Shown: piece after piece, positions 48,111 through 61,703 of the stretch | How the letters are laid out: each line of letters begins with the position of its first letter | Position numbering within the stretch: the stretch's first letter is position 1 | NCBI RefSeq assembly: GCF_963921235.1 | Contig: NW_026948269.1 | Coordinates: 372,001-436,000, forward strand | DNA length: 64,000 bases | Source of the DNA: Mobula hypostoma | Taxonomy: Eukaryota | Direction of reading: 5' to 3' | Notes under the pieces: generated by a model | Database searches by the model: none | Told to the model about the DNA's origin: nothing | Seen by the model: the letters and a program-made list of their open reading frames with translations, nothing else | Translations under genes and position numbers: made by a program

Positions 48111-48201
48111 CTATTTGTGTGAGAGTGTTTCAGATACTGTCGGGCCAGGAGCTGCATGGGTGCCTGGCCCGACAGTATCTGAAACACTCTCACACAAATA
48201 G
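48111..48201. repeat. Perfect 39-bp inverted repeat with 13-nt spacer
   Basis: 48111-48149 is the exact reverse complement of 48163-48201. Confidence 0.95.
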
Positions 48202-48795
48202 CCTTTGTTGATGTGCAGCTGTTTTTTTTCATCTATTGTCAACTTAAAGTGCCACAGTTTTAAAGCCACGTAAACATTTCCTGCTCAGATGAATGGTTGG
48301 TCCGCACAGCTGTTAAAAAGAATTAAATGAATATTAGTATTATTTCAGGTTCTTGTCACAGAGTCATAGTAAAGTACAAAACAGAAGCATCTAGTTTGTG
48401 TTGAACTATTTAACCTGTCTACTCCCGTACCCCTACCACCCAGGTACCTATACAAACCTCTTCAATGTTGAACTGGAGCACGCGTGCAGTAGTTGGGCTC
48501 TCTGCTCATTCCACACCTGGATGACCATTTGTGTGAAGAAGTTTCCCCTCATGTTCCCCTTAATGTTTCACCTTTCACCCTTAATCCAGGAACTCTGGTT
48601 GTATTCCTACCAAATCTCAGTGGAAAAAGCCAGCCTGCATTTACCCCATCTACATATAACTCTCATAATTTTGGTACCCCTCAATCTTCTACATTCCAAG
48701 GAAGGAAGCCCAGACCTGTTCAATCTCTCCTTATAACCCAAGTCCTCCAGACCTGGCAACATCCTTGCGAATTTTCTCTGGACTCTTTCAACTTT

Positions 48796-51700
48796 CCTTT
48801 CCAGTCTTTTTATTAATTTTCAAAAGTTTAAACATAAAAATAATATTGATAAACAGAGAATGGGATGACCTTATTGATAGCTAACATTTGCAAATATAAA
48901 ATTGCTGATAGTACAAGTATGTTAGATCTCCCCAACTCTAAATATAATTGAACATGGTAAAAGATTGATGGAAAAAAAAACTAAAAAAAAAACAAACTGG
49001 AAAAGGAAAAAAAACACACTAAATTAAGCTAAGCAAATCTAGACCAAACTAAACAAAACTAAAACAAAGTCCGGCTAACATATTACATTAGCTACAATCA
49101 GTAATGTTGTTAACTCCACTCTTCTATCTGTATATTTTTAGTTAAAAAAGGGATTTGAAAAAGGTCAAACTACATCATATAAAATGTTGAATAAATGATC
49201 TCCAAGTTTCTTCAAATTTAACCGAAGTCAATTTAGTAATAATAGTTTATTACTAACATCCTCAATCGAAAATTAATTAATTAAAACTAGGAGTCAGTTC
49301 TATATACATGGTGATAAATCTGCTAAATTACTGGCCAATCAATTGAAAACTGCTTTGGTCAAACGTCATGTTCTTGAGATTTGTAAAAGAGATCATACCT
49401 TGACCGTTGACCATGATGAGATAAATAAATCCTTTCAAGAATTTTACACTTCACTACACCAATCAGATTTTCCTGATGATTCTACTAAAATGCACGAATT
49501 TTTAAGGAAACTGAATTTCCCGAAATTATCATTCAATGAATGTTTAGTATTAGAAGCTCTCATTACTGAAGATGAAATTAGAAGTGTTATTTCTTCGATG
49601 AATTCAGGTAAAGCACCTGGTACGGGTGGTTATACTATAGAAAATTTTAAATCCTTTTCTAATATTCTCTCACCTTGGCTATATAGAACTTTTAAGGATG
49701 CATTATCTAAAGGTAAATTACAACAATCCTTTTACGGCACTACTATTTCTTTAATTCTTAAAAAAGATAAAGATCCTACTAAATCTGCATCATATAGGCC
49801 TATATCCCTGTTGAATGTGGATTCCAAGATTTTTTTCTAAAATGTTAGCAGCTAGATTAGAGAAGGTATTGCCTCGAATTATTTCTGTTGATCAGACTGG
49901 ATTCATTAAAAATCGTTATTCATTTTTTAATATTAGGAGACTAATGAATATTGCTTATACCCCTTCATCTAGAATTCCAGAATGTGTCATTTCACTAGAT
50001 GCTGAGAAAGCGTTTGACAGAGTTGAATGGACATATTGATTTACTACGCTTGAGAAATTTAATTTTAGTTCGATATTTATATCTTGGATTAAATTAATAT
50101 GTCTTACCCCTTCGGCGTTGGTATTTACCAATAATCAAAGATCTCCCTTTTTTCAGTTGTTTCGCGGCACCAGGCAAGGTTGTCCTCTTAGTCCACTGTT
50201 ATTTGATATTTCTTTGGAAACTTTGGCCATTGCTATTCGTGAATCATCTAATGTATTTGGTATCACTCGGTGGAATGAAATGCATAAGTTATTTATACAT
50301 AAATTATTATACATATTATACATATGCTGATGATTTATTACTATATATCTCTCACCCCGAAAATTCTATTCCGGCAGTAATATCCTTGCTTGATCAGTTT
50401 AGTAATTTTTCTGGCTACAAATTGAACCTGAATAAGAGTGAACTTCCCTTTAAATATGCAGGTTCCAATTTATAGATGTTCAACATTCAGATTGGCTACT
50501 GATTACTTTACTCATCTGGATGTTAAAATTACTAAGAAACATAACGATTTATTTAAGCATTTTTTTTTATCTTTAATCCATCAGGTTAAACAATTCTTTA
50601 TTAAATGATCCCCATTGTCTCTATGAATGCTTGGTCGAATTAATGCTATTTAGATGATTGTCCTACCTAAATTTTTATACTTGTTTCAAGCATTACCAAT
50701 TTCCATGTCTAAATCCTTTTTTTTGATGTTTTAGATCCTAAAATTTCTTCATATATATGGCAAAATAAAAATCCTAGATTAAGTAAAAAAATATTTACAG
50801 AAGTCTAAAAAGGATGGTGGTTTATCATTGCCGAAGTTTAGATTTTACTACTGGCCAATTACTATTCGATATTTAATATTTTGGACACAAGATTTGGATA
50901 TAACTTTGACCCCACAATGGGTAAACCTGGAATGTAAACCGTACAAGGGTTTTCTCTGACTTCCATTTTAGGGACTTCTCTTCCATTTGTTCTTTCTAAA
51001 TTAAATAAACAAATAGTTAATCCAATAATTAGCATACGCTACGAATATGGTTTCAATTTTGTAAATTTTTTGGTTTGAACCAATTAATTTTATCAAACCC
51101 TATTACATCTAAATTTTTCTTTCAACCATCTGTTATAGATCAAGCTTTTTTGGCATGGAAAATGAAGGGTATATTAAGCTTTCGTGATTTATTTTTGGAT
51201 TGCTGTTTCATGTCTTTTGAGCAGTTATCTATTAAATATAATTTGCCTAGATCTCATTTTTTCAGATATTTACAAATTAGAAACTTTTAAAATACCAAGC
51301 TACCTACATTTCCAATTTCATATCTATTTGATATCATGGAAAAAATGGATTTATATCCTTATCAGAAGGCTTTAATAGCAAGCATTTATGATTTGATTAT
51401 GAAAATAAATTCAGGTATATCTGATAAAATTAAGACAGAATGGGACAGGGAACTTCAATTTGATTTACATACTGAAAAATGGGAAAAAATTTCAATTGGT
51501 TAACCTGTCCTCTCTATGTGCTAAACATACATTGATACATTTTAAAGTGATACATAGGGATCATGTGTCTAAAGATAAATTAGCTCGTCTTTATTCTCAT
51601 ATAAGCCTTATTTGTGATACATGTCATTCTGAAGTTGCTTCCTGGACTCATATGTTCTGGTCTTGCCCTGTTTTGGATAAATATTGGAAAGATATCTTTG

Positions 51701-51940
51701 ATATTATTTCCACAGTTTTGTGTATTGATTTACAACCTCACCCCATTACTGCAATTTTTATGTTACTTATCCCCTTCAGCCTGCCGGATGATTGCATTCC
51801 TTACATGAATGGCTAGAAGATATATCTTATTGAATTGGAAAGAGGTCAATCTTCCTACCACATTTCAATGGTTTTCTCAAACTATATGTTGTTTAAATTT
51901 AGAGAAAATCAGAAGTAGCACCTCTGATCCTTCGGTTAAA
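48796..51940. mobile_element. L1 LINE with 5' inversion: 3' end on minus (48796-49227), ORF2 body on plus (~49230-51940), inserted in a CR1
   Basis: ORF2 motifs GKAPG, YRPISLLNVD, LDAEKAFDRVEW, GTRQGCPLSP, YADD, THMFWSCP. CTTCGGTTAAA ends the plus piece and begins the minus piece. Confidence 0.85.
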
Positions 51941-51944
51941 CTTT

Positions 51945-54900
51945 TTTCTACATCTTCCTGTATGTTGGTGACCAAAACTGCACACAATACTCCAAATTAG
52001 GCCTCACAAATGTCTTCTACAAGGTCAACATAACATCCATCTCCAGTACTTAGTACTTCAGTTTATGAAGACCAATGTGCCAAAATCTTTCTTTCCGTCC
52101 CTATTGAACTGTGACACCACTTTCAGTGAAATATAAAACTGTATACCTGATAGAGGTATACAAGATATTAAGAGGAATAGATAGAGTGGACAGCCAGCGC
52201 CTCTTCCCCAGGGCACCACTGCTCAATACAAGAGGACATGGCTTTAAGGTAAGGGGTGGGAAGTTCAAGGGGGATATTAGAGGAAGGTTTTTTACTCAGA
52301 GTGTGGTTGGTGCGTGGAATGCACTGCCTGAGTCAGTGGTGGATGCAGATACACTAGTGAAATTTAAGAGACTACTAGACAGGTATATGGAAGAATTTAA
52401 GATGGGGGGTTATATTGGAAGAAGGGTTTAAGGGTCGGCACAACATTGTGGGCCGAAGGGCCTGTACTGTGCTTTACTATTCTATGTTCTATGTATTCCC
52501 AGATTCATTTCTTCTACAACACATCTCAGTGCCCTACCAGTCACTGTGTAAGACCTATCCTAGTAGGTTCTACCAATGCACAACACCTCGCACTTGTCTG
52601 CATTAACTTCCATTTTCCATTCCTCAACCCATTTTTCCAGCGGGTCCAGATCGCATTGCAAGCCATGTAGTCTTCCTCGCTGTCCACTACACCACCAATC
52701 TTGGTGCCATCCACAACTTTGCTGATCCAGTTAACCACACTATCATCCAGATTACTGATATAGATGACAAACAACAACAGGTCCAACACTGATCCCTATT
52801 GCACACCACTAGTCACAGGCTTCCAGTCAGAGAGGCAACCATCTGCTACCACAGTCTGGCTTCTCCCAAAGACAGTGTCTCATTCAATTTACTATCTCAT
52901 CTTGAATGCTGAATGACTGAACCTTCTTGACCAACCTCCCATATGAGACTCTGTCAAGTGCCTTGATAAAGTCCATGTAGACAACATCCACTGCCATGCC
53001 TTCATCCACTTTCCTGATAACTTCCTTGAGAGACTCTCGTTGGTTAGACATTTGTTAGACATGAACTACCATGCACAAAGCCATGTTGCCTATCCCTCAT
53101 CAGTCAACATCTATCCAAATACTTACACATCCGGTTCCTGCATATAAACTTTCAATAATCTTTCCCCTACTGATGTCAAGCTCACCAACGTACAATTTCT
53201 TAGTTTACTTTCAGAGCCTTTCTTGAACAGCGGAACAACATTGGCTGTCCTACAATCCTCCAGTACCTCACCTGTCACTAAGAATGATTTATATATCTGT
53301 GCTTGGGCCCTGACAATTTCTGCACTTGTCTTCCGCAGAGTCCCAGGGAACAACTTGTCAGGCCCTGGGGATTTATCCACGCTAATGTGCTTTAAGACAA
53401 CAAACACCTCCACCTCTGTAATCTGTACAGGGTCCATGAAGTTGATGCTGCTTTGCCTCACTTCTACAGACCCTGTGACCATCTCCTGAGTAAATACAGG
53501 TGCAAAAATAATATTTAAAATCTTCCCATATATTTTGTCTCCTCATATGGATTAACATCCTGATCTTGAAGAGGATTAATTTTTTCCCTTGCAATCTTTT
53601 TGCTCTTAACATATCTGCAGAGTCCCTGAGGATTCTCCTTCACCTTGTCTGCTGGGGCAACCTCATGCCTTCTTTTATTTCTTTCATAAGTGTTCACTTG
53701 AATTTCCTGTATTTCTATTTGTTCCTATTTGCCTGTACCTGGTGTGCACCTCCTTTTTATTGACCTGGGAGATGAAGCACAAAGGGGTGATAGAGCTGCA
53801 TGCTGGGAGGTGGGGCTAGGGAGGGATGTTTAAACTAAAGTTGCAGGGGGAATGGGAGCCTGAATGACAGAACAGATAGTGGAGGGGTTGTGGAAACAGA
53901 TGTTGTTCAGTCCTCTGACAACGTCAGGAATGAAAAAGTTGAGCATGGTACAGTGAATATGCTCAATCCTGTATATTTCAATACAGGGAACACTGTAGGA
54001 AAGGCGGATGTGTTCACGGCATGGAACAACACTGGAATTATGACACTAGGATCTGGCAACTGTGGATTGGGACAGGCTGCTTTATGGCAAAGGTGTGCTT
54101 GGTTAATGGGAGGCCTTCGAAGCGAAATTTTGAGAGTACAATGCGGGTATGTGCTTGTCAGAATAAAAGGAAAAGTTAGAAACTGTATCTCTTGGTTTTC
54201 AAGAGATATTGACACCCTGGTGAAGCACAAAATGGAGTTGCATAACAGGGATAGGCAGGTAGATTCTTATGGAGTATAAGAACTGCAAGAGAACAAGTAA
54301 GAAATAAATCAGGATGGCTAAAAGAAGGCATGAGTTGTCCTCGCAGAAAAGATGAAGGATAACCCTCAGGGATTCTACAAGTAGATTGAGAGCAAAAGGA
54401 TTGCAAGGCACACAGTTGGTCCTCTGGAAGACCAGAATGGCAATCCACGTGTGGAAGCAAAGCAGATGGGGTAGATCTCAAATATTATTTTCATCTCTAT
54501 TTACTCAGGAGATGGGTCTATGGGAGTGTGGAAAAGCGGCAATAAAATCGTGGACCATGTACAGATTAGATAAGAGGAGATGTTTGCCATCCTGAGGCAG
54601 ATTAGGTGGATAAATCTCCAGGGCATGACAAGCTGCACCCTCGGACCCTACGGGAGGCAAGTGCGGAACATATTGGGGCCCTAGCATAGATAATTAAATC
54701 ATCCTTTGTGATGGGGGAGTTATCAGAGGATTGTGGAAGAGCCAAAGTTATTTCGCTGTTCAACATAAAACATAGAAACCTACAGCATATTCCAGGCCAT
54801 TCAGCCCACAATGTTGTGCCAACCACGTAACTTACTCGAGAAGCTGCCTAGAATTTCCCTAGTGCATAGCCCTCTATTTTTCTAAGCTCCATGTACCTAT

Positions 54901-56570
54901 CTAAGAGACTGTTAAAAGACCCTATTGTATCTGCCTCGACAACCACTGCTGGCAGTGCATTCCGCACACCCACCACTCTCTGTAATAAAACATACCCATG
55001 ACATCGCCTCGGTATCTATTTCCAAGCACCTTAAATCCATGCCCTCTCCTGTTAGCCATTTGAACCCTGGGAAAAAAAACCTCTGGCTATCCACACCATC
55101 AATGCCCCTCATTATGTTATACACCTAAAAAAAGGCTGTAAACATAAACAATGAAATTATACATTGCTTTGAAGATTTGTCAGACGTACACAACAGTATG
55201 AGTGTATAGATAGGGTAAATGTAAGCAGCTTTCTCCACTGGGGTTGGGTGGGACTACAACCATAAGTCATGGGGAAGTGGGGATGGTGAAAATTTAACGG
55301 GAACATGTGGAAAAGCTCTTTACTGAACTGGTCCTGAGAGTATGCAATGAGATGTCAGCACAAGTGGTGAACATGAGCTCGATTTCACCATTAAAAGAAG
55401 TTTCATAGGTACCTGGATGGTTGGGGTATGGAGGGTGATGGTCCCAGTGCAAGTGGTTGCATTAGACAGCTTAAATGTTTTTTTGGCATTGACTAGATGG
55501 GTCAAATAGCCTGTTTCTGTACTGAACTTGCCCCATGTTTCCATGACAGAGAAACTGGACAAACTTGTTTGGAAGAGATACAGTAGGCGTGACAACGGAA
55601 CAGCAATGGTTGGAGTTTCTGGGAGCAATTCGGGAGCTGAGTGATAGATACATCCCAAAGAAGTGGAAGCAGTGGAAAGGCAGGAGGACACAACCGTGGC
55701 TGAAATGAGAAGCCAAAGCCAACATCAAAGCCAAAGAGAGGGCAAATAATGAGCAAAAACTATTGGGAAGCTTTTAGAAACCAACAGAAGACGACCAAAA
55801 AAAGAAGTCAGATGGGCTCAGGGCGTGAAATGATGATATTATAGTCATTAATGAGTCTTGGTAGCACCCAACAGTGTGAGGCATTTAGAGGAAAAAAATA
55901 ATTGGGGCCTCGACATCGCTTGAAAATCAAGTTTCCTTGCACCAATAACCTTTCAACTTTTATTTTGACAGGCACATACAAACTGTACATCCTCAAAATT
56001 TCACTTCTGAAGGCCTCCCACTTACAAAGTACTCATTTGCCAGAAAACAGCCTGTCCCAATCCACACTTGTCAGATCCTTTCTGATACCATCAAAATTGA
56101 CCTTTCTCCAATTTAGAAACTCAACCCGTGGTCCAGACCTATCTTCTCTCATATTTACTTTGAATCTCATGGCATTATGATCACTAATTTCTGCCACCAG
56201 CCCTGGATCATTTCCTAACAGCTTACTGCACATTTCTACATCGGGAATTCTACAAACTGATTAAGGGCACATTTGACAAACTCTACCCCATCTAGTCCTT
56301 TTACAGTATGGGAGTCCCAGTCAATATATGGAAAGTTAAATCACTTACTGAATCAACCTTTGTTTCTTGGCATCGTCTGCAATCTCTCTACAAATTTGTT
56401 CCTCTAAATCCCTCAGACTGTTGGGTGCAAGCAAGTACCAATAATTTCCTGTCCTGAGCTCATCTGGCTTTCCTACGATGCTTCTTGCATTGTGATATAC
56501 ACAGCTCAGCACTTTCATCGCACCATGCTCAAACATTTGATTGCTGACTCTATCTGAGGTCTGAACAACA
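51945..56570. mobile_element. Cluster of CR1 fragments in both orientations
   Basis: LIEVYKIL..RFFTQSVVGAWN (+), KVVDGTKIGG (-), DKSPGPDKL (-), NARSIVGK (-). Confidence 0.85.
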
Positions 56571-57232
56571 TTTGACTGGTGTCAAGAAAATAAACTCTCC
56601 CTCATTGTCACAAAAACAAAGGAGCTGATTGTGGATAACAGGAGGAATGGAGACAGGCTAACCCCTATTGACATCAGTGGCTCTGGGGTTGAGAGGGTGA
56701 ACAGCTTTAAATTCCTCGGCATAAACATCACCAAGGATCTCACACTATCTGTGCATACCGTCTGTGTTGTGAAAAGAGCACAACACCTCCGATGGTTGAA
56801 GAAGTTTGGGATGGGGCCCCAAATCCTCAGAACTTTCTACAGGGACACAATTGAGAGCATCCTGACTGGCTGCATCACTGCGTGGAATAGGAACTGCAGA
56901 TGTGAACTTCCCAATATTCAGGGCATTTACAGAGACAGGTGTGTAAAAGGGGCCCAAAGGATATTGGGGACCCGAATCACCACAACCACGAACGGTACCA
57001 CAGCAAAAAGACCAATAGGTTCCGGGACATCATCCTCTACCAGGCCATCAGACTGATTAATTCATGCTGATACAATTGCATTTCTATGTTATATTGACCG
57101 TCCTATGTACAAACTATTTATTATAAATGACTATAAATTACACATTGCACATTTAGACAGAGACATGATGTAAAGATTTCTACTCCTCATGTATAGGAAG
57201 GATGTATGTAATAAAGTCAATTCAATTCAATT
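56570..57232 (+). mobile_element. Rex-Babar 3' fragment
   Basis: ERVNSFKFLGINITKDL, ESILTGCITAW; (AATTC)n tail. Confidence 0.85.
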
Positions 57233-57349
57233 CACCCTCTCCATTATCTGTTCTCTCATTCTGGCTCCCATTCCCCCAAGAACTTATTTTAACCACATCA
57301 CCCCCTCCCCACACACTAGCACTAACAAGCCTTACCACTGGGATATTAG

Positions 57350-57720
57350 TCCCCTCTTGTTCTGTTCCCCTAACTAACGAGTCCCCTATCACCACCTTGA
57401 CTTTCCTCTGCCAGGTAATCCCCCCCCGCAACAGTTTCTGAAGTGGTCCACTTGTTGTTGTGTGGGATGGCAACAAGAGTACTCTGCAATGGCTATTTAA
57501 CCTCATTCCCCTTCCTGACTCTCACCCAGTTTCCTGTGTCCTGCACCTTGGGTGTAACTCACCTCTCTTCATGTCATATCCATCACCCCCTCCAACTCCT
57601 GGATGATCCAGAATTCATCCATTTCAAGTTCCAACTCCTTAAAGTGCAGGGTTACAAGCTGCATCTGGATGCACATCTTGTAGGTGAGGGCATCAGGGAC
57701 ACTGGAGGTCTCCCCGCCTT
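57350..57720 (-). mobile_element. CR1 ORF1 (SGNH esterase) fragment
   Basis: VVIGDSLVRGTE motif. Confidence 0.65.
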
Positions 57721-57845
57721 CCCACCAATGTCCCCTCTAATTTGTAATTACCAGTGTGCACATAAAACTTGTATTGTGTATTTTTTTTACCCAGTGACAA
57801 AATGTGCCCAGTGAATTTTATATAGAGAGTTATTCGTTTTAATAG

Positions 57846-58130
57846 CTAGCAAATCACTATCAATAAGAACTTTGATCTCCTCTGGGTTTGATCAAGTTCA
57901 TCTGCACTCTCACACAAACCCTGTAACAGGCCTATAGAGGGTATTGAAGGATTTTCTCGCCAGAGCTTGTGCACACGTTCCATATGTGGTTTGCTTGCCA
58001 AATGACGCTTAAAAATCATATTTCCAAACATCACTCCACCTATTTCCACTTGCAAATTCTCCAGCAACTTTTGCATCACCACAATCAACACAGGTAACAC
58101 CAGTTTCTGTGTTGTACGAGTGGTGATTGA
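57846..58130 (-). mobile_element. Possible hAT (ZNF862-like) transposase N-terminal fragment
   Basis: CVDCGDAKVAGEFASG..WKYDF / KRHLASKPH: a CxxC...H-x4-H zinc-finger-like pattern across a frameshift. Confidence 0.45.
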
Positions 58131-58244
58131 TAAGTTTGTGGTTTAAGGTAGAATGAGATGTTATACAGCTGTCATTACATGCACAACTCTTTGAGTGATT
58201 ATGCAGAAAGTTTGAAGTTAATAACTCATCTCCTTCTACCTTAG

Positions 58245-58445
58245 GCCACGAACTTATCACTCACCCCTGCTGTCGACTACTTCTGCAGGTCCAAGACGCC
58301 GATTTCTACAAAGAAGGGATCATATCCTCCACGACTGCTGGACTAAGTGTGTAAATGTAGGATGGGACTATGTAGAAAAATATATGTGCTAGGTTTTCTA
58401 AGGTTGACTCCATCTAGGTCACAAACATATCAATCACCCCTCGGA
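58245..58445 (+). mobile_element. Mariner transposase C-terminus and TIR remnant
   Basis: DFYKEGI...WTKCVNVGWDYVEK followed by TIR-like 'atcaatcacccctcg'. Confidence 0.7.
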
Positions 58446-58776
58446 TGTAAATATTTCCCCTGAACCCTCCCCCAAGTGCCTGACGGTGGTGAACTCATTG
58501 ATCGTAATACCAAAGAATATGAAGGGAAGGGCACATTTGTGATATGAAAGCTATTTTTCCCCCACGGTAAAGATGTTTGATATCATTATCTTCCCAGAGA
58601 GAATGAGTCAAAACTTGTCACTTTGCCCGGACCATTGGCCCCGCTTGTAGGGCAACAGTCTGCCGGTGTTTGCCCCCCAATGTGGTGAATCGCCACCACC
58701 GTGGGCTCAGACATTTCCACAGATGAGCCCCTCCTGTCCCCACCGGGACAAACATCCTGTCCGCCCCCTCTCTCAC

Positions 58777-59325
58777 CGTCTTCATCCTTTCAATAAAATC
58801 CCCCTCTCCCTCCCCGGGGAACCGGCATCAAACCGACGGGCCGAGCGGTCTCCTCCTACCTCTCAGCGATACATCAGACTCCGGCCGCAGGAGACGCTTC
58901 ACAAACGCCCCAACTTCCCTCGGAGGGAAATGGAAATAAATCAGAAAGCGGACATTTACTTTGGGATTTGTTCCGCTCTGATGAGGAGTTTGTCTTTTGG
59001 GCGGCGACGGAGTCAGCGGGGGTAACGCCCTCTCTGCCGGTCCGCCTCCGCGATTGGTTGTAACCAATGATTGACATCGCTTCGCACCAATGGGAATAGC
59101 GCAGTGCCTGACTCCTCTGTTGACAGCGGTGGGGGGGGGAAGAGGCTGGTCACGTGATTAGTAGCCCAGCCGTTAAACCGATAAAGCTCGAGCACAGCAG
59201 CGCGTGGGTGACGTGAGACACAGCGCACGTGAGGGCAGATCCCGGTGTGGGGAACCCATGTGTGACGTCAGGCGCGTGGGTGCGCTTGTGTGACGTCACC
59301 TGTGGGGGAGCGCTGGTATTTAAAA
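58777..59325. promoter_or_regulatory. CpG-rich promoter, probably of the ZNF gene (minus-strand first exon ending at donor 58777), possibly bidirectional
   Basis: CCAAT boxes at 59053 (rev), 59064 and 59087; GTCACGTGA 59149; CACGTG 59226; TGACGTCA 59263 and 59291; minus-strand donor GACG|GTGAGA. Confidence 0.65.
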
Positions 59326-59739
59326 GCACCTGAATGGACGTTTCTTATGATTTCAATGGGACAACAACATTAATCCCGGGTTTCATCACTGAATCCAGTG
59401 TTGTGAGATGTAAAGTCCCCTGTTATGTGTCCGGCTGTGCCGTGTTGTTGGTGGAGTGGGCAGCGTGGTGTTTGTCTCGATTCGGGTCACAACACCAGAA
59501 TTGCCAGCGGGGTCCACACACAGTGTATTAGTGAACAGAAAACCTCTCGTCCCTGCAGTCTCTGTCTCCTGGTAAACTCAACACCCTGACAATGTGGATC
59601 ATAGATACCCCTTCCTCTCAGAGTCAGGGAATCACTCAGACAGCTGATCAAAGAGAGGAATTATATTTATTGGTCATTAAAGTTCACCCAGACTCGTTTG
59701 GACGGATTTGATGTGGAGTTCGGGGGTCACAGTGAAAGG

Positions 59740-60700
59740 GCCGGACGGCCGAACTCTCTCCGTTGTCCAAACATCCTTCCAGGTGAGGCGACCCTTCACC
59801 TGTGAATCTTCCGGGGTCGCCCGTTGTGTCCGCTGCTCCCGATGCGGCTCCTCTGCACCGGTGACACCGGCTCCTCCGCAGTTGTGCGGGGTCGGGTTGT
59901 TTTTTTGGGGGGATCGATGTTATTGTTCCCTTTTGTGGGAGGGGTGGGTTTTGGGGATTGATGATCGGGATGCCGTTCATTTTTATACGGGGTTGAGGTG
60001 GGAGTTTGATTTTTTTTCTCTCTGAATGACTTTCATGTTCTTTGTTTCGTGGCTCACTGGAGAAAAAAAAACATAAGAGTAGTTTATGGATATCTGCTTT
60101 GATAATAAATTAACCTTTGAACTATCTGCTCCGAGCGGGACTTCCCGGTGTATAAACATTTTCATTCCGATTCCCATTCCCGTTGCGACGTGTCAACCCA
60201 TCGCCTCCTCTTGTGCCAAGATGAGGCCATCCTCAGGGTCCAGGATCAGCGCCTCATATTCCGTCTGGGTACCCTCCAACCTGATGGCATGAATATCGAT
60301 TTCTCCTTCTGATGAACAAATCTCCCCCTCACCTCTCCCTCCCACTCCCTCTCTTCCTCTCTGACTTTTCACGTCCTCTCACCTGCTGATCACTTCTCTC
60401 TGGGTCCACTGCTCCATCCCTTTCTCCTATTCTCCACTCTCCTCTCCTATTAGATTCTATTTTCTTCTGCTCTTGAGTTTTCCCACCTACCTGGCTTCAC
60501 CTATCACCTTCCAGCGAGCCATTTCCTCGCCCGCCCCGATTTTATTCAGATATTTCCCTCATTCCATCTCAGTCCTCAGTTCAACTGGAAACGTCGACTG
60601 TTGACTCTTTTCGATAGATGCTGCCCGGCCTGCTGAGTTCCGCCGGCATTTTGTTTGTGTTGCTCTGGATTTCTAGCATCTGCAGACTTTGTCGTGTTTG
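59740..60700 (+). mobile_element. Decayed Penelope fragments
   Basis: SFQVRRPFTCESSGVARCVRCSRCG; degraded hammerhead remnant 'gaaacgtcgactg' at ~60588-60600. Confidence 0.75.
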
Positions 60701-60727
60701 CGATTTACCTCCCCGTTGTCACTCCCG

Positions 60728-60970
60728 CCTCCGGCCACTGGTGGCGCTGCATGGACCTCCGGCCACTGGTGGCGCTGCATGGACCTCCGGCCACTGGTGG
60801 CGCTGCATTGACCTCCGGCCACCGGCGGTGATGTGCAGACCTCCGGTCACGGGTGGCGCTGCGCGGACCTCCGGCCACTGGTGGCGCTGCGTGGACCTCC
60901 GGCCACTGGTGGCGCTGCGCGGACCTCCGGCCACCGGCGGCGATGTGCAGACCTCCGGCCACGGGTGGTG
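60728..60970. repeat. 28-bp GC-rich minisatellite, ~9 units
   Basis: Unit CCTCCGGCCACTGGTGGCGCTGCATGGA starting at 60728, 60756, 60784 ... 60952. Confidence 0.92.
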
Positions 60971-61703
60971 CCGCGGCGAATATCCTGCTGACCGCGGCCC
61001 GGTGTCCATCACAATTGTCGCCGGCGGTTCTGCTATCGGGGAGGTGAGTAATGGGGGTTTGTGTAAATCGGGGGTTTGCTGCAGTTGGAAAGGGCCGGGA
61101 CCGAGTTCTGCCGGACGGCTGCAGACTCCGGGCTCTCCGGTCCCGCAGCCCCGGTTTTAGCTTTGCGCCCGAGCCCGGGCTGTGGGATCAGTTAAGTTGT
61201 GGTTCCCAGGCTGGGAGGGGGTTTGGGGTGAAGGGGATCTGTCTGTGTGTGTGGGTAGAGGTTACGGGTGGACTGTGGGTGTGGGGTGAGTGGTCGGAAA
61301 GATGTGGGACCCCAGGCCTGAAAGGGGACGGTTGTTAGAAAGTGGGATGTCCTTTCAGCAGGGGTGCAGTGCTAATGTTTTTAGGTGCCGGAGCTGACAA
61401 AATGCTTGTCATTTCCTATATCCCCTCTATCTATATATATGTCTCACCCAGTTTGTGTACCTGCTGATTTCATGTACTGGGCAACTTCCTTGCCCCATTC
61501 GAGTAAAGAACAGGTAAACAAATTGAGTGTGGTATATATATCTTATTATGTCAAAATCAGATTTATTATCACAGGCAATTGAAGTGAAATTTGTTTGACT
61601 CAGCAACAGCAGTTCAATGCAATATATAAATACATATTCTGGCATAGATAATAAATAAATTAAAACATAATAAATAAAAAACTAAATCATTATGCATAAT
61701 GAA

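Noticed and set aside
60618-61160. 180-aa and overlapping repetitive ORFs
   Set aside because: Products of the GC-rich 28-bp minisatellite, open in several frames on both strands.
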